64,000 nt of DNA, taken from NCBI GenBank assembly GCA_048938005.1, contig JBHLMQ010000001.1, forward strand, positions 32,001 through 96,000, in the 5' to 3' direction. Source of the stretch: Promethearchaeota archaeon (GTDB lineage: Archaea; Asgardarchaeota; Lokiarchaeia; Sigyniarchaeales; SOKP01). Of this stretch, positions 31,161 through 40,613 are shown one piece after another. Made by a program: the position numbers and the translations under genes. Each line of letters begins with the position of its first letter. Position 1 is the stretch's first letter. Under the pieces are notes generated by a model that was not told the origin of the DNA, searched no databases, and saw nothing but the letters and a program-made list of their open reading frames with translations.

Positions 31161-32696
31161 GTAATCAAATTTAATAATAAAGAATTAGGCGTAGTTATTA
31201 CCCCCTCAAAAACAGTAGAATATATTATATCAAAATTAGGGGAAGTTAAAGAAGGACAGAAGATTTTGGATCCATGCGTAGGTCCGGGTATTTTTATCAA
31301 GAAAATATTACAATCTGGAATTGATAAGAATCAGATATATGCATATGATATAAATTCAAATTTTAAAAGTGAAATAGAAAAACTAGGAGTCTCTTTTAAA
31401 TCACAAGATACGCTTATATCATTGTATCCTGATTCCTATAATGAATTTGATTTTATTGTCGGAAATCCACCTTATCTAAACAAGGCAAGCGTTTATGTAC
31501 GCAAAAATAAAGAAAAACTGAGAAAAATTTACGGGAAAATAAACGCTCATGAATCTTATGCAATGTTTATTGTAAATAGTATTTGGAGATTAAAGGAGGG
31601 TGGTAAATTAGGTTTCATAACCAGTGATTCATTCTTAACTCTTAGTACGCATAAAAGGTTAAGGAGGTTTATCCTTAATCATTGTATAATTAATGAGATT
31701 CTTTTAGCTCCTAAAAATTTGTTTACTAATCAAAAAGTAAGTACAAACCCAGTAATTATAATTCTAACAAAATGCTCAGGTCAGAAAAATAAAAAGATCA
31801 GGGAAAAAAATGTTATGAGGATAATTCCTAGAGTAAATAGCGAGGATGATTACCAATCTCCTTCTGGTGTTAATGAAATAAAGCAAATAAAATATAATTC
31901 ATTGCCATTTAACATATTCTTTACTGATGTTGAGAATGAAATTATAGAATTATTTGAAAAAGCACCTAAATTAGAAGAATATTTAAAGGGTTTTATTGGA
32001 ATGCATACACACGATAATAGGAAGTATATTGCTGCTATCGAAGGTACAGAATTAGCTGAGATTTTTAAAAAGCGAAATATGAAAATAACTGATTTAAATA
32101 AAAAATATAAGATTATTAAGAAAGTTGCTTTAGAAACAGATAAATGGAAACCTTATTTAAAGCGAGGTGGAGCAGATCAATACTATCGTCCAATAATGGA
32201 AGGATTAGATTGGAATAAGAAATCAATAGAAAACTATGATATTCCGAAAAATGTCCCATTTGAAGAAGACGGGATTGTCATAAGCGGTGTAAGTTCCAGA
32301 TTAGCAGCAAGATATATGCCGAGAGGTTGCTTTTGGGATTCTAATAAAGCCATTGGGTTTATAGTTAAAGAAAAAAGTATTTCAATTTTTTATTTTTTAG
32401 GAATACTAAATAGTTCCTTATACAATTACTTGGCAAAAGGAATCATAAATAATACAAGCAGTATACAAATAACAGGGATCCATGCATTACCTTTTGTTTT
32501 ACCTGATAATGAAACTAAAGAAAGAATAGAAGAGCTTGTTAATAAAATTATTAACTGTAAAATAAAAGATCAAAATTATAATTATATAGCAGAACAAAAA
32601 GAGATTGATAATATAATTTTCAATTTTTATAGGAATAGATTTAATTTTTCATTGAGTTTAAAAGATAGATTAGATGAATTCTTTGCTGTTTATTGA
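31161..32696 (+). CDS. N6-adenine DNA methyltransferase (Eco57I/TaqI-like) with C-terminal specificity domain; true start lies upstream of 31266
   Basis: The frame is open from 31158 and encodes KELGVVITP...ILDPCVGPG, then GNPPY, then LGILNS. There is no ATG/GTG/TTG in the extension. Confidence 0.8.
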   Translation, partial: VIKFNNKELGVVITPSKTVEYIISKLGEVKEGQKILDPCVGPGIFIKKILQSGIDKNQIYAYDINSNFKSEIEKLGVSFKSQDTLISLYPDSYNEFDFIVGNPPYLNKASVYVRKNKEKLRKIYGKINAHESYAMFIVNSIWRLKEGGKLGFITSDSFLTLSTHKRLRRFILNHCIINEILLAPKNLFTNQKVSTNPVIIILTKCSGQKNKKIREKNVMRIIPRVNSEDDYQSPSGVNEIKQIKYNSLPFNIFFTDVENEIIELFEKAPKLEEYLKGFIGMHTHDNRKYIAAIEGTELAEIFKKRNMKITDLNKKYKIIKKVALETDKWKPYLKRGGADQYYRPIMEGLDWNKKSIENYDIPKNVPFEEDGIVISGVSSRLAARYMPRGCFWDSNKAIGFIVKEKSISIFYFLGILNSSLYNYLAKGIINNTSSIQITGIHALPFVLPDNETKERIEELVNKIINCKIKDQNYNYIAEQKEIDNIIFNFYRNRFNFSLSLKDRLDEFFAVY

Positions 32697-32731
32697 AATA
32701 TTTTTCATTCAGGTTTTTAGATAAAACCAAA

Positions 32732-33415
32732 TCAATTTATCCCTGTAACATGGGGACAGACTTTTCTACAAGTATTGCATTTCTTCAAAACATAACCTTT
32801 CTGATGTTTATAAATGGAGTTTGATCTACATAGTTTTTGATTTACTGTGATTCCATCTAGAGCTTGTTTAGGACAAGAATTTATACAAATTTCACAATCA
32901 TGCAAACATCCTTCGTAATCGGCTATTTGATCACCCTCTAAGTCTATATTTACTAAAATAGCTCCGAGTTGAATCATGTTGCCAAACTGATTGTTTATTA
33001 AAAGAGTATTTTTACCCAAGACTCCAAGTCCAGCAAGGTGACCAGCATGTCTTAATGATAATATTGCTCTTCCATATAACCTATCAGGTTCCCAATATTC
33101 ATAAGGGTCATCAGAGGGAATAGGAACAGCTCCAATCCCCAATTTTTCTAAATTTCTTGTTAATTTTACCGTTAGATTATCAACTTCCTGAATAATTAAA
33201 CTGCCAAGATGAGAATATGGAATAAAACTTGAAGCATTAAGAGGCTCATTTGGCACTGTTTTTGCAAAGACAATAACAGATTTACAATCTTCATAAATAT
33301 CTGTAGGATGAAAACCAACTGGAGCATTACTAAATCGATCAATAGGAGCGATCCCACACAAATCAAAACCTAAATCAGTCGCAATTCCTTTTATCAATTT
33401 TGAATTGATCATCAT
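32732..33415 (-). CDS. Epoxyqueuosine reductase-like 4Fe-4S protein
   Basis: GFDLCGIA, SLRHAGHLAGLG, CLHDCEICINSCP and CNTCRKVCP motifs. Confidence 0.8.
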   Translation of the reverse strand: MMINSKLIKGIATDLGFDLCGIAPIDRFSNAPVGFHPTDIYEDCKSVIVFAKTVPNEPLNASSFIPYSHLGSLIIQEVDNLTVKLTRNLEKLGIGAVPIPSDDPYEYWEPDRLYGRAILSLRHAGHLAGLGVLGKNTLLINNQFGNMIQLGAILVNIDLEGDQIADYEGCLHDCEICINSCPKQALDGITVNQKLCRSNSIYKHQKGYVLKKCNTCRKVCPHVTGIN

Positions 33416-35229
33416 AATTTTTCTCCTTTAATTTCTTCTTCATATTTCTTTCTTTGATCTTTTAAATATTCTGGTATTGGAACATCCCACCAACCTACAG
33501 CAGGAGATCCAGTGAAAGGGTATTCCCTTTGAACTTCAATTTCTATTACTGCTGGTTTTCCTGATCTGGTAGCTTTATCAAGTGCAGGAAATATCTCGTC
33601 CTTTCTAGAGATTTTTTCAGAATAGCACCCAAATGCTTCACCAATTTTTGCAAAATCAGGAGAATATGTATTTCCATTTTTATCTTGAAAGGCTGTACCA
33701 TAACCTCGATCTTCACCAAAAGCTGCTTGTTGTAAATCCTTAATTGCAATCCAACCGTGATTATTAAGAACAATAAAAAATATATTATCCAATCCGAGTT
33801 GAACCGCTATTGACAATTCAGATATTGTCATCATAAAATCCCCGTCTCCAACTAGTGCAACAACTTGTCTATTTGGTTTTCCAATATCTATTGAACCTAA
33901 TTTAGCTCCAATTGCTGCGGGAATACTATAACCCATTGTTGAAAAACCACCAGCAGTAAGACATGTTTTAGGTTCATAAAACTCTAATTCTTGCAGCATC
34001 TGAGCTTGTACATTTCCAGAGCTAGTTACTATTACAGCATCTCGGTCAAAAAACTTCCTAACCTCCCTTAATACAGTAGATATCATTACTGGGATTTTTG
34101 AATCATCTCGATTTTCATCAAGAAATTTAAACCACTTCTTTTTCTCTTCTTGAATTTCTTTATAGTAACCAGTGGTTTTATAATTTTTTGAATAATCTCC
34201 CAATTCCTCTAAAATCTGATCCAGACAAGCTTTAGCATCCCCAAATATGCCTAATGTAACTGGATAATTCTTTCCAATTTCATGCGGATCGATGTCAATT
34301 TGAATGAGTTTTGTTGGTGGAATTGAAAAACTTACACCATCTTTATATGAACTCGCAGTTTCGTCAGCGAATCTGCAGCCTATTGCAAGAATAATATCAG
34401 CAGTGGAAGTCATTTTTAATCCAACTGTTGTACCTTTTGAGCCAGCTGACCAACAATAAAGTGGATGAGAATTATCAATAATATCTTTCCCCATCATGGT
34501 AACTACTACTGCTGCGCCTATTTTTTCTGCTAATGTTTTTATTTCCTCGCTAGCATTTGAAGAGATTGCTCCTCCACCTATAAATAAAACAGGTCTTTTT
34601 GCATCTTTAACTAATTGTACCGTTTTCTTTATAATCTCAGGATCCCCTCTTATACGCCCAGTTGCTCTTCTTTTGAGTGGATCTGGAATTTCAATTTCGA
34701 TAGAATTCGCTTGTACATCCATTGGGAGATCGATATGAACTGGTCCTCTTCTTCCAGTTAACATAATATTAAAAGCTCTCTGCATTATTGTTGTAAGTTG
34801 TCCTACTGTATCTACTTCAAAACTACGTTTTACTATAGGTTCTAAAATTTTGGGCATAGCAGAATCCTTTTTTCTCTCAATTTCTTGGAGTACACCTTTC
34901 CCTCTCATATGAACATGAGTATCTCCGGTAATTATAAGACAAGGAAAAGAATCAACAAAAGCATCGGCAATACCAATTGCTGTATTGATTGCTCCAGGTC
35001 CAATTGAAGTAAAAACACATAGAGGTTTTCCAGTAACTCTATAATATCCCACTGCAAGATGAACCCCTGCCATCTCTTGTTTAGGTTGAATCAACTGAAT
35101 TTTATCCTTATCTTTGAAGAATGCATCTACAAGCGGAAGATTTCCGTGTCCAGGGATTCCGATAACATATTTTATTCCTTCCTTTATTAAATACTTGGAG
35201 ATTATTTCTCCACCAGTATAGTTAGGCAT
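33412..35229 (-). CDS. Thiamine pyrophosphate-dependent enzyme (acetolactate synthase large subunit/IolD-like)
   Basis: GIPGHGN, SIGPGAIN, GPVHIDLPMD and GDGDF...NN motifs. Confidence 0.85.
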   Translation of the reverse strand: MPNYTGGEIISKYLIKEGIKYVIGIPGHGNLPLVDAFFKDKDKIQLIQPKQEMAGVHLAVGYYRVTGKPLCVFTSIGPGAINTAIGIADAFVDSFPCLIITGDTHVHMRGKGVLQEIERKKDSAMPKILEPIVKRSFEVDTVGQLTTIMQRAFNIMLTGRRGPVHIDLPMDVQANSIEIEIPDPLKRRATGRIRGDPEIIKKTVQLVKDAKRPVLFIGGGAISSNASEEIKTLAEKIGAAVVVTMMGKDIIDNSHPLYCWSAGSKGTTVGLKMTSTADIILAIGCRFADETASSYKDGVSFSIPPTKLIQIDIDPHEIGKNYPVTLGIFGDAKACLDQILEELGDYSKNYKTTGYYKEIQEEKKKWFKFLDENRDDSKIPVMISTVLREVRKFFDRDAVIVTSSGNVQAQMLQELEFYEPKTCLTAGGFSTMGYSIPAAIGAKLGSIDIGKPNRQVVALVGDGDFMMTISELSIAVQLGLDNIFFIVLNNHGWIAIKDLQQAAFGEDRGYGTAFQDKNGNTYSPDFAKIGEAFGCYSEKISRKDEIFPALDKATRSGKPAVIEIEVQREYPFTGSPAVGWWDVPIPEYLKDQRKKYEEEIKGEKL

Positions 35230-35443
35230 TTTAATTCTTGTTAATTTGTAAGTTTTTATTAAATATAATGTGATAAATCAAAAATAGATTTAAATTTGTG
35301 TATCAATGATATCTTTTAAACGAGAATTTTTAATTAAATAATTAAAGTAATTTTGAAAATTCAATATGCCCCCTTGTTTTATAAAGTAAATTTCAAGAAT
35401 TAATCTTATATACCACATTACGGTATATTATTCAACTTAACTG

Positions 35444-36781
35444 ATGGGTAAAGTGCCTTCTGTTTTAGAAAAGATTCGAGTCCTAGGAGAAAATTCAAAA
35501 TACGATATTTGTGCTAGTACTGCTTCCAATCGTACAGACAAATATCCAAAACTTTTTGGAAATTCAAAAAAATGGATTGGTACTACAGAAAGTGGCGGGA
35601 TTTGCCACAGTTATACCCCTGATGGTCGATGTATGAGTCTATTTAAAACTCTATATACCAACAAATGTATATATAATTGTAAATACTGTTTTTCTCACAG
35701 TTCCAAGCATAAGATGAGCTTTACACCAGAAGAATATGCTCGAACATTTATGAAACTCTATTCCATGAATGTTGTAGAAGGTATATTCATTTCATCAGCA
35801 GTTTGTGGCAGTGCTGATAAAACAACTGAAGAGATGCTCGAGGCAATTCGACTTCTTCGATTTAAATATAATTTCAGAGGATATGTGCATTTTAAGTGTT
35901 TACCAGGAGTAAGTCAATATTTACTTAAAGAGGCTATCTCTTTATCTGATCGCATTTCGATAAACTCAGAAGCTTCCACTAAAGAACACCTTGCCGAAAT
36001 AGCAGAACAGAAAGATTTTGACCATGATATCATAACACGTCAGCGCTGGTTAAAACAAATTCGCATTAGACATAATGATGAAACACTCAAAATCATGAAA
36101 GATTTGAAACAAGACAACCAATTAAATTACCAAGAAAAAATGATTAAAGACCGACGAGATGATGGATATAAAAAATTTCGATGGGATGGTGCTCCAATTC
36201 TAAATAGTGGACAAACCACACAATTTGTAGTGGGTGCTGCTGAAGATGAAAGTGATTATGACCTGCTTAAACGAATCGATTGGGGGTATAAAGAAATTGA
36301 CCTAAGGCGAGCTTATTTTTCTTCATTCATCCCTATCGAAGGGACACCACTAGCAGATAAACAAGCAGCCCCTCTAGCAAGGGAGCATCGATTATATCAA
36401 AGTGATTGGTTATTGCGCATTTATCATTATAAACTAAAAGACGTTGCAGAAATATTAACTGAAGATGGTAATTTACCCAAAGGTGATCCAAAAATTCACT
36501 TAGCAAGAGGTTATTTTAAAGATCGTGGACTAGTGGATCCTAATATAGCATCGTATAGTGAATTAATCCGAGTTCCAGGGATTGGTCCAATTTCTGCTAA
36601 GCGAATTATTAACTTGCGATCACAAAAATTTGTATTTAAACGTCGCCAAGATTTAAAATCTGTTGGTGTTGTGTTAAAAAGGGCTGATCCATACCTCCTA
36701 ATAAACGGGCAAAATCAAACAACGCTTCAGAATTTTATTGATTATGATAATAGTAAAATTTCACAAGGAGATTTTATATGA
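35444..36781 (+). CDS. Putative DNA modification/repair radical SAM protein with HhH motif
   Basis: GICHSYTPDGRC, CIYNCKYC, REHRLYQSDWLLR and RVPGIG motifs. Confidence 0.9.
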   Translation: MGKVPSVLEKIRVLGENSKYDICASTASNRTDKYPKLFGNSKKWIGTTESGGICHSYTPDGRCMSLFKTLYTNKCIYNCKYCFSHSSKHKMSFTPEEYARTFMKLYSMNVVEGIFISSAVCGSADKTTEEMLEAIRLLRFKYNFRGYVHFKCLPGVSQYLLKEAISLSDRISINSEASTKEHLAEIAEQKDFDHDIITRQRWLKQIRIRHNDETLKIMKDLKQDNQLNYQEKMIKDRRDDGYKKFRWDGAPILNSGQTTQFVVGAAEDESDYDLLKRIDWGYKEIDLRRAYFSSFIPIEGTPLADKQAAPLAREHRLYQSDWLLRIYHYKLKDVAEILTEDGNLPKGDPKIHLARGYFKDRGLVDPNIASYSELIRVPGIGPISAKRIINLRSQKFVFKRRQDLKSVGVVLKRADPYLLINGQNQTTLQNFIDYDNSKISQGDFI

Positions 36782-37440
36782 GAAAGTTAATACCAGAAAA
36801 AGACCCATTAGAAGTGGTTGGATGTGCTAAAGGACATTCACATGAAGAATTGATTCATAAACTACCCCGTCATTGTAATTTCACTTCGGCTCTAATCCAA
36901 AAGATTAAAGAAATTCCAGAAGTCATATTACGAAATTCAGGTACTCAACTCGCTAAGAAAGTCAACCGGATGATGCGAGAAGTGTCCACTGAAGCATATC
37001 GAGCAAAACAATTTACACGAACAAAGATAAATAACAAAGGTGTGCTTTTCGGCGTAGTCTCATTTAAACATAAAATTTTGGACCTCGTTTTGAAGTATTT
37101 TCATGAAAGATGGCCCCAGTGTATAATTTGTTTGCATAATGAACACACTCATAAAACAGGAGTAATAAATGAAAAAGGAATCATTCATGAGACTGATTTG
37201 TCTCTCGAGAAGGCTGTAGAAAAATTTAGTGAAAATCGACCAGTAATACCATATTTTGAAGATATCCAATTTTCTGGAGAAGAGATCTTTGAAACTCTAT
37301 ACAATTCGCAAAATATTCCTGAACGTGAAAATAAGCGTTATTTTAAAAGAATGATTCCTGACAAGTGTTTTGAATTACCTGGAATGAGAGGTGGAGTGGA
37401 AAAGCGTTTTCGAAATAAAAAGATTAATGATTATCTTTAA
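36778..37440 (+). CDS. DUF4130 domain protein (partner of the radical SAM)
   Basis: EAYRAKQFTR, YFHERWP and NIPERENKR motifs; overlaps the upstream stop (ATGA). Confidence 0.75.
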   Translation: MRKLIPEKDPLEVVGCAKGHSHEELIHKLPRHCNFTSALIQKIKEIPEVILRNSGTQLAKKVNRMMREVSTEAYRAKQFTRTKINNKGVLFGVVSFKHKILDLVLKYFHERWPQCIICLHNEHTHKTGVINEKGIIHETDLSLEKAVEKFSENRPVIPYFEDIQFSGEEIFETLYNSQNIPERENKRYFKRMIPDKCFELPGMRGGVEKRFRNKKINDYL

Positions 37441-37442
37441 TT

Positions 37443-38219
37443 TCACATTATTTTCGCAAATAATTCTTTTCCGGTTTTATATGCTTTGCTTTCGATAGGT
37501 AAGTTTAAAAGATTTTCCCCCACTAAGTTCATTTTACTGATTTCATCGCTATTATCAATAAAACCAAGAAGCTTAACATGATCATCTTTAATGCTAGTGA
37601 CTTCTTTTTCAAGAATATCTCTAATATTTTCTGGAAATCTATTTCCGAGTATCCAGATATTTTCAAATTTTAAATCAACTTCTTTAGCTACTTCCAAAAT
37701 CCGTTTCATCGTATGGATCCCCATTTTACTCGGATCAGAAACTATTACTAAATCTGTTACCTTTTGACCAGTCTTCCGAGAAAAAAATTCCAACCCCGCG
37801 GGAGCATCAATGAGCACGAAGTCATAGTTTTTCGCTAATATGTCAATTATGCGTTTTAAATAATTATTTATACTGCAATAGCATCCCTCTCCTTCCGCTC
37901 GACCCATTTCCAAAATATCAAAGCGATCCATTTCGATTAAAGAATCAAAAACCTCAGATTCAACGATTTGATCCTTAGATACGTCGAGAGGTATTAATCT
38001 CTTTTGGATTTTCTGTTTAAACTCAGCCATTTTTCCCCCAATAGTTTCTTTAAAATGGATTTCTTTGCCGATAATGTCTCCGATATTTGCGTCGGGATCT
38101 GCATCAATTACGAGGATGTCGAGATCTTTAAATTTTTCAAGAAGATATTTGAGCATTAAGACAAGGAGAGTTGATTTTCCTACACCACCTTTTCCAGAAA
38201 AGGAGATAATTTTTTTCAT
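37443..38219 (-). CDS. cooC: CooC/AcsF-type nickel-insertion ATPase
   Basis: GKGGVGKS, DADPD, GEGCYC and AGLEFFSR motifs. Confidence 0.85.
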   Translation of the reverse strand: MKKIISFSGKGGVGKSTLLVLMLKYLLEKFKDLDILVIDADPDANIGDIIGKEIHFKETIGGKMAEFKQKIQKRLIPLDVSKDQIVESEVFDSLIEMDRFDILEMGRAEGEGCYCSINNYLKRIIDILAKNYDFVLIDAPAGLEFFSRKTGQKVTDLVIVSDPSKMGIHTMKRILEVAKEVDLKFENIWILGNRFPENIRDILEKEVTSIKDDHVKLLGFIDNSDEISKMNLVGENLLNLPIESKAYKTGKELFAKIM

Positions 38220-38374
38220 AAGATTCTCCTCATAATTATTGTTTATTCTTCAAGTAAAGATAATTGATTTTATGTTAAAAATTTATTATAAATAATTCAA
38301 AAGACTAGGGAATATTCTAATAGGAAATATAAACTTAAAAGGTGGAGAAATTAATAGTTAATAAATTGTTGTAT

Positions 38375-39184
38375 TTATTGTTCTTGTTTATATACAGGAA
38401 CGATTTTTGAGGTGAATTCTTCCAATGTATATGGAAACTGGTCCTCACTTGATATTTTGCCCAGTTCAAGCATGATTTGCCTTGCCAAGAGCCAAAATGC
38501 TAAACCTAATGCTTTCTTTCCTCGGTTGTTTACGGGAATCGCAAGGTCTATTCCATTAAGAGTATCATCGGTATCAAATAGAGCTACTACTGGAATTCGA
38601 GCTAATTTTGCTTCCCGTAATATTACTTTGTCAGCATGGGGATCAACAATTACTACAACACTCGCATCTTTAATATAGGTATCAATAATAGGATTGGTAA
38701 GTGAACCTGGAATAAATCTTGTAGTTATTGCTCGACATCCTAATACTTCACAGAATTTTTTAACAGGTTCTTTTCCATACCTTCGAACCGAAGTAACGAT
38801 GACTCTATCACTTCCTTCTTCAACGAATTTACTTAAAAATTTAGCTGCAATCTTTAGGCGCTCATCTGTTTGAGTTAAATCAATAACATATAGTCCGTAA
38901 TTAGTTTGTCTATAAATAAACCTTCTAGCATCTCCCGTTAATATTTTTGTTCCAATATGGATGCCACAACTTAAATATAGTTGTTTTCTTTCTTCATCTT
39001 TATCAATTAATTCTTCTTTTGCTTCTATTCCTGCTTCTATATCTTCAGTATCTAATAAATCAAGTTCTTCTTCCAGATCTAAATCTTCTTCAAAATCAAT
39101 CTCAAAATCTTCGCTAAAGTCTTCTCTATCATCAGTTTTTTTTTCTTTTTCTGGTTCTTCAGTTTTCTTTTTCTTTCGAGCCAA
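38375..39184 (-). CDS. rps2: 30S ribosomal protein uS2 with long acidic N-terminal extension
   Basis: GIHIGT, RFIPGSLTNP and IPVNNRG motifs. Confidence 0.95.
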   Translation of the reverse strand: MARKKKKTEEPEKEKKTDDREDFSEDFEIDFEEDLDLEEELDLLDTEDIEAGIEAKEELIDKDEERKQLYLSCGIHIGTKILTGDARRFIYRQTNYGLYVIDLTQTDERLKIAAKFLSKFVEEGSDRVIVTSVRRYGKEPVKKFCEVLGCRAITTRFIPGSLTNPIIDTYIKDASVVVIVDPHADKVILREAKLARIPVVALFDTDDTLNGIDLAIPVNNRGKKALGLAFWLLARQIMLELGKISSEDQFPYTLEEFTSKIVPVYKQEQ

Positions 39185-39412
39185 ATTAGCAGCCTTATCT
39201 ATTTTTTTCTGACGTCATTTAAATTAAAATATTTTAGAATCCAACGACTAAAGAATATATTATTGAATACATAATAACTTTAATATTTTATTGAGTAGAT
39301 TTTTGTAAAGCATTAAGAACTAAAGTATTAATATACCAAAATAATTTTAATTATTATTATAATTCTTAGAATATAATTAGTAAAGATTGTTTTATCTAAA
39401 GTGGGTTGAACA

Positions 39413-39904
39413 ATGACTTCCTATCGATTAGTAATTGGTATTATTTTTGGAGTCTTACTAAGCTTTTTTTCTGTATTCTTCTTTAATATGACTGATATTC
39501 TTGCGCAAATTGATTTATACGCTGGAGGGGATGTATTAAAAATAGCTGCTTTATTAGTTGGGGCAAATTTTGATTTTGATATGATTTCATTTATTTATCC
39601 TGGACCCCCTTCAGTCTTAGGATTTTTTGCACCAGAGATTTTAGCATGGATCTTTATTGGTTTTATTTCAGGGACAATAGCAAAGGGTTTAAGACGTGGT
39701 GTAATAGTAAGTTCCTTAGTAGTGGTGATAGTTTTATTAATTTGGATAATATTAAGTATTATTTCTGGAGAGGATTTAATGGCTTTATTCCAAGGAACTC
39801 AATTAATTGAAACTTTAGGAGGTATAATTAGCGCTTTTATAGGAGTATTAATAGGAGGATTGGTTGGTGGATTAGTAAGTGGACCTTACGAAGAATTCTA
39901 TTAA
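39413..39904 (+). CDS. Gly-rich integral membrane protein of unknown function
   Basis: Four hydrophobic segments with GxxxG repeats. Confidence 0.7.
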   Translation: MTSYRLVIGIIFGVLLSFFSVFFFNMTDILAQIDLYAGGDVLKIAALLVGANFDFDMISFIYPGPPSVLGFFAPEILAWIFIGFISGTIAKGLRRGVIVSSLVVVIVLLIWIILSIISGEDLMALFQGTQLIETLGGIISAFIGVLIGGLVGGLVSGPYEEFY

Positions 39905-40044
39905 TATATTTCTAAAAAACCTATTAACATTTATTAACAATTATTTTTATGGGTTTAAGATCCCAGATTACATATTTTGAACAATATTGTATCGAATTTG
40001 TTAATAACTAAAATTTAAAGTTCACTGATTAATTACTAAACCTA

Positions 40045-40581
40045 ATGGTTAATAAAGAAGAAATTTTACCCGATCGGGAATTTGCATTAGATCTATTAAA
40101 AAAATTGAAAATTCCGCTATCAATTAGACGCCATTCAGAAAAAGTCTCAGAAAAAGCTATAGAAATTGCAAAGAAAATAAAAAAAGCTGATGTAAATCTA
40201 AGATTAATTGAAATTGGTGCTCTATTACATGATATTGGGAGAACTAAAACCCATGGTTTTAAACATGCTCTAATAGGAGGTAAAATCTTAAGACAGAGGG
40301 GTTTTTCAGATGGGCTCGCTAGAATCTGTGAGACTCACATTTTAGGGGGCTTAGACAAAGAAGATGCTAAAAAATATGGATTACCTGAAAGAGATTATCT
40401 ACCCATAACTCTTGAAGAAAAAATAATATGTTTAGCGGATAAACATATGGCTGGTACGAGAGAAGTGTCAATTCAAGACAGGTTTAATAGATGGTTTCAA
40501 AAATATGGGAGAAGTAAGATCTTATTAAAATCAAAAAAAAGAATTGAGAAAATTCAAAAAGAAATTGAAGAATTAATGTAA
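40045..40581 (+). CDS. HD (HDIG) domain metal-dependent phosphohydrolase
   Basis: RHS, LLHDIGR, HILGG and EKIICLAD motifs. Confidence 0.9.
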   Translation: MVNKEEILPDREFALDLLKKLKIPLSIRRHSEKVSEKAIEIAKKIKKADVNLRLIEIGALLHDIGRTKTHGFKHALIGGKILRQRGFSDGLARICETHILGGLDKEDAKKYGLPERDYLPITLEEKIICLADKHMAGTREVSIQDRFNRWFQKYGRSKILLKSKKRIEKIQKEIEELM

Positions 40582-40613
40582 CTAATTATCTTAAATATAT
40601 TTTCTTTATTTGA

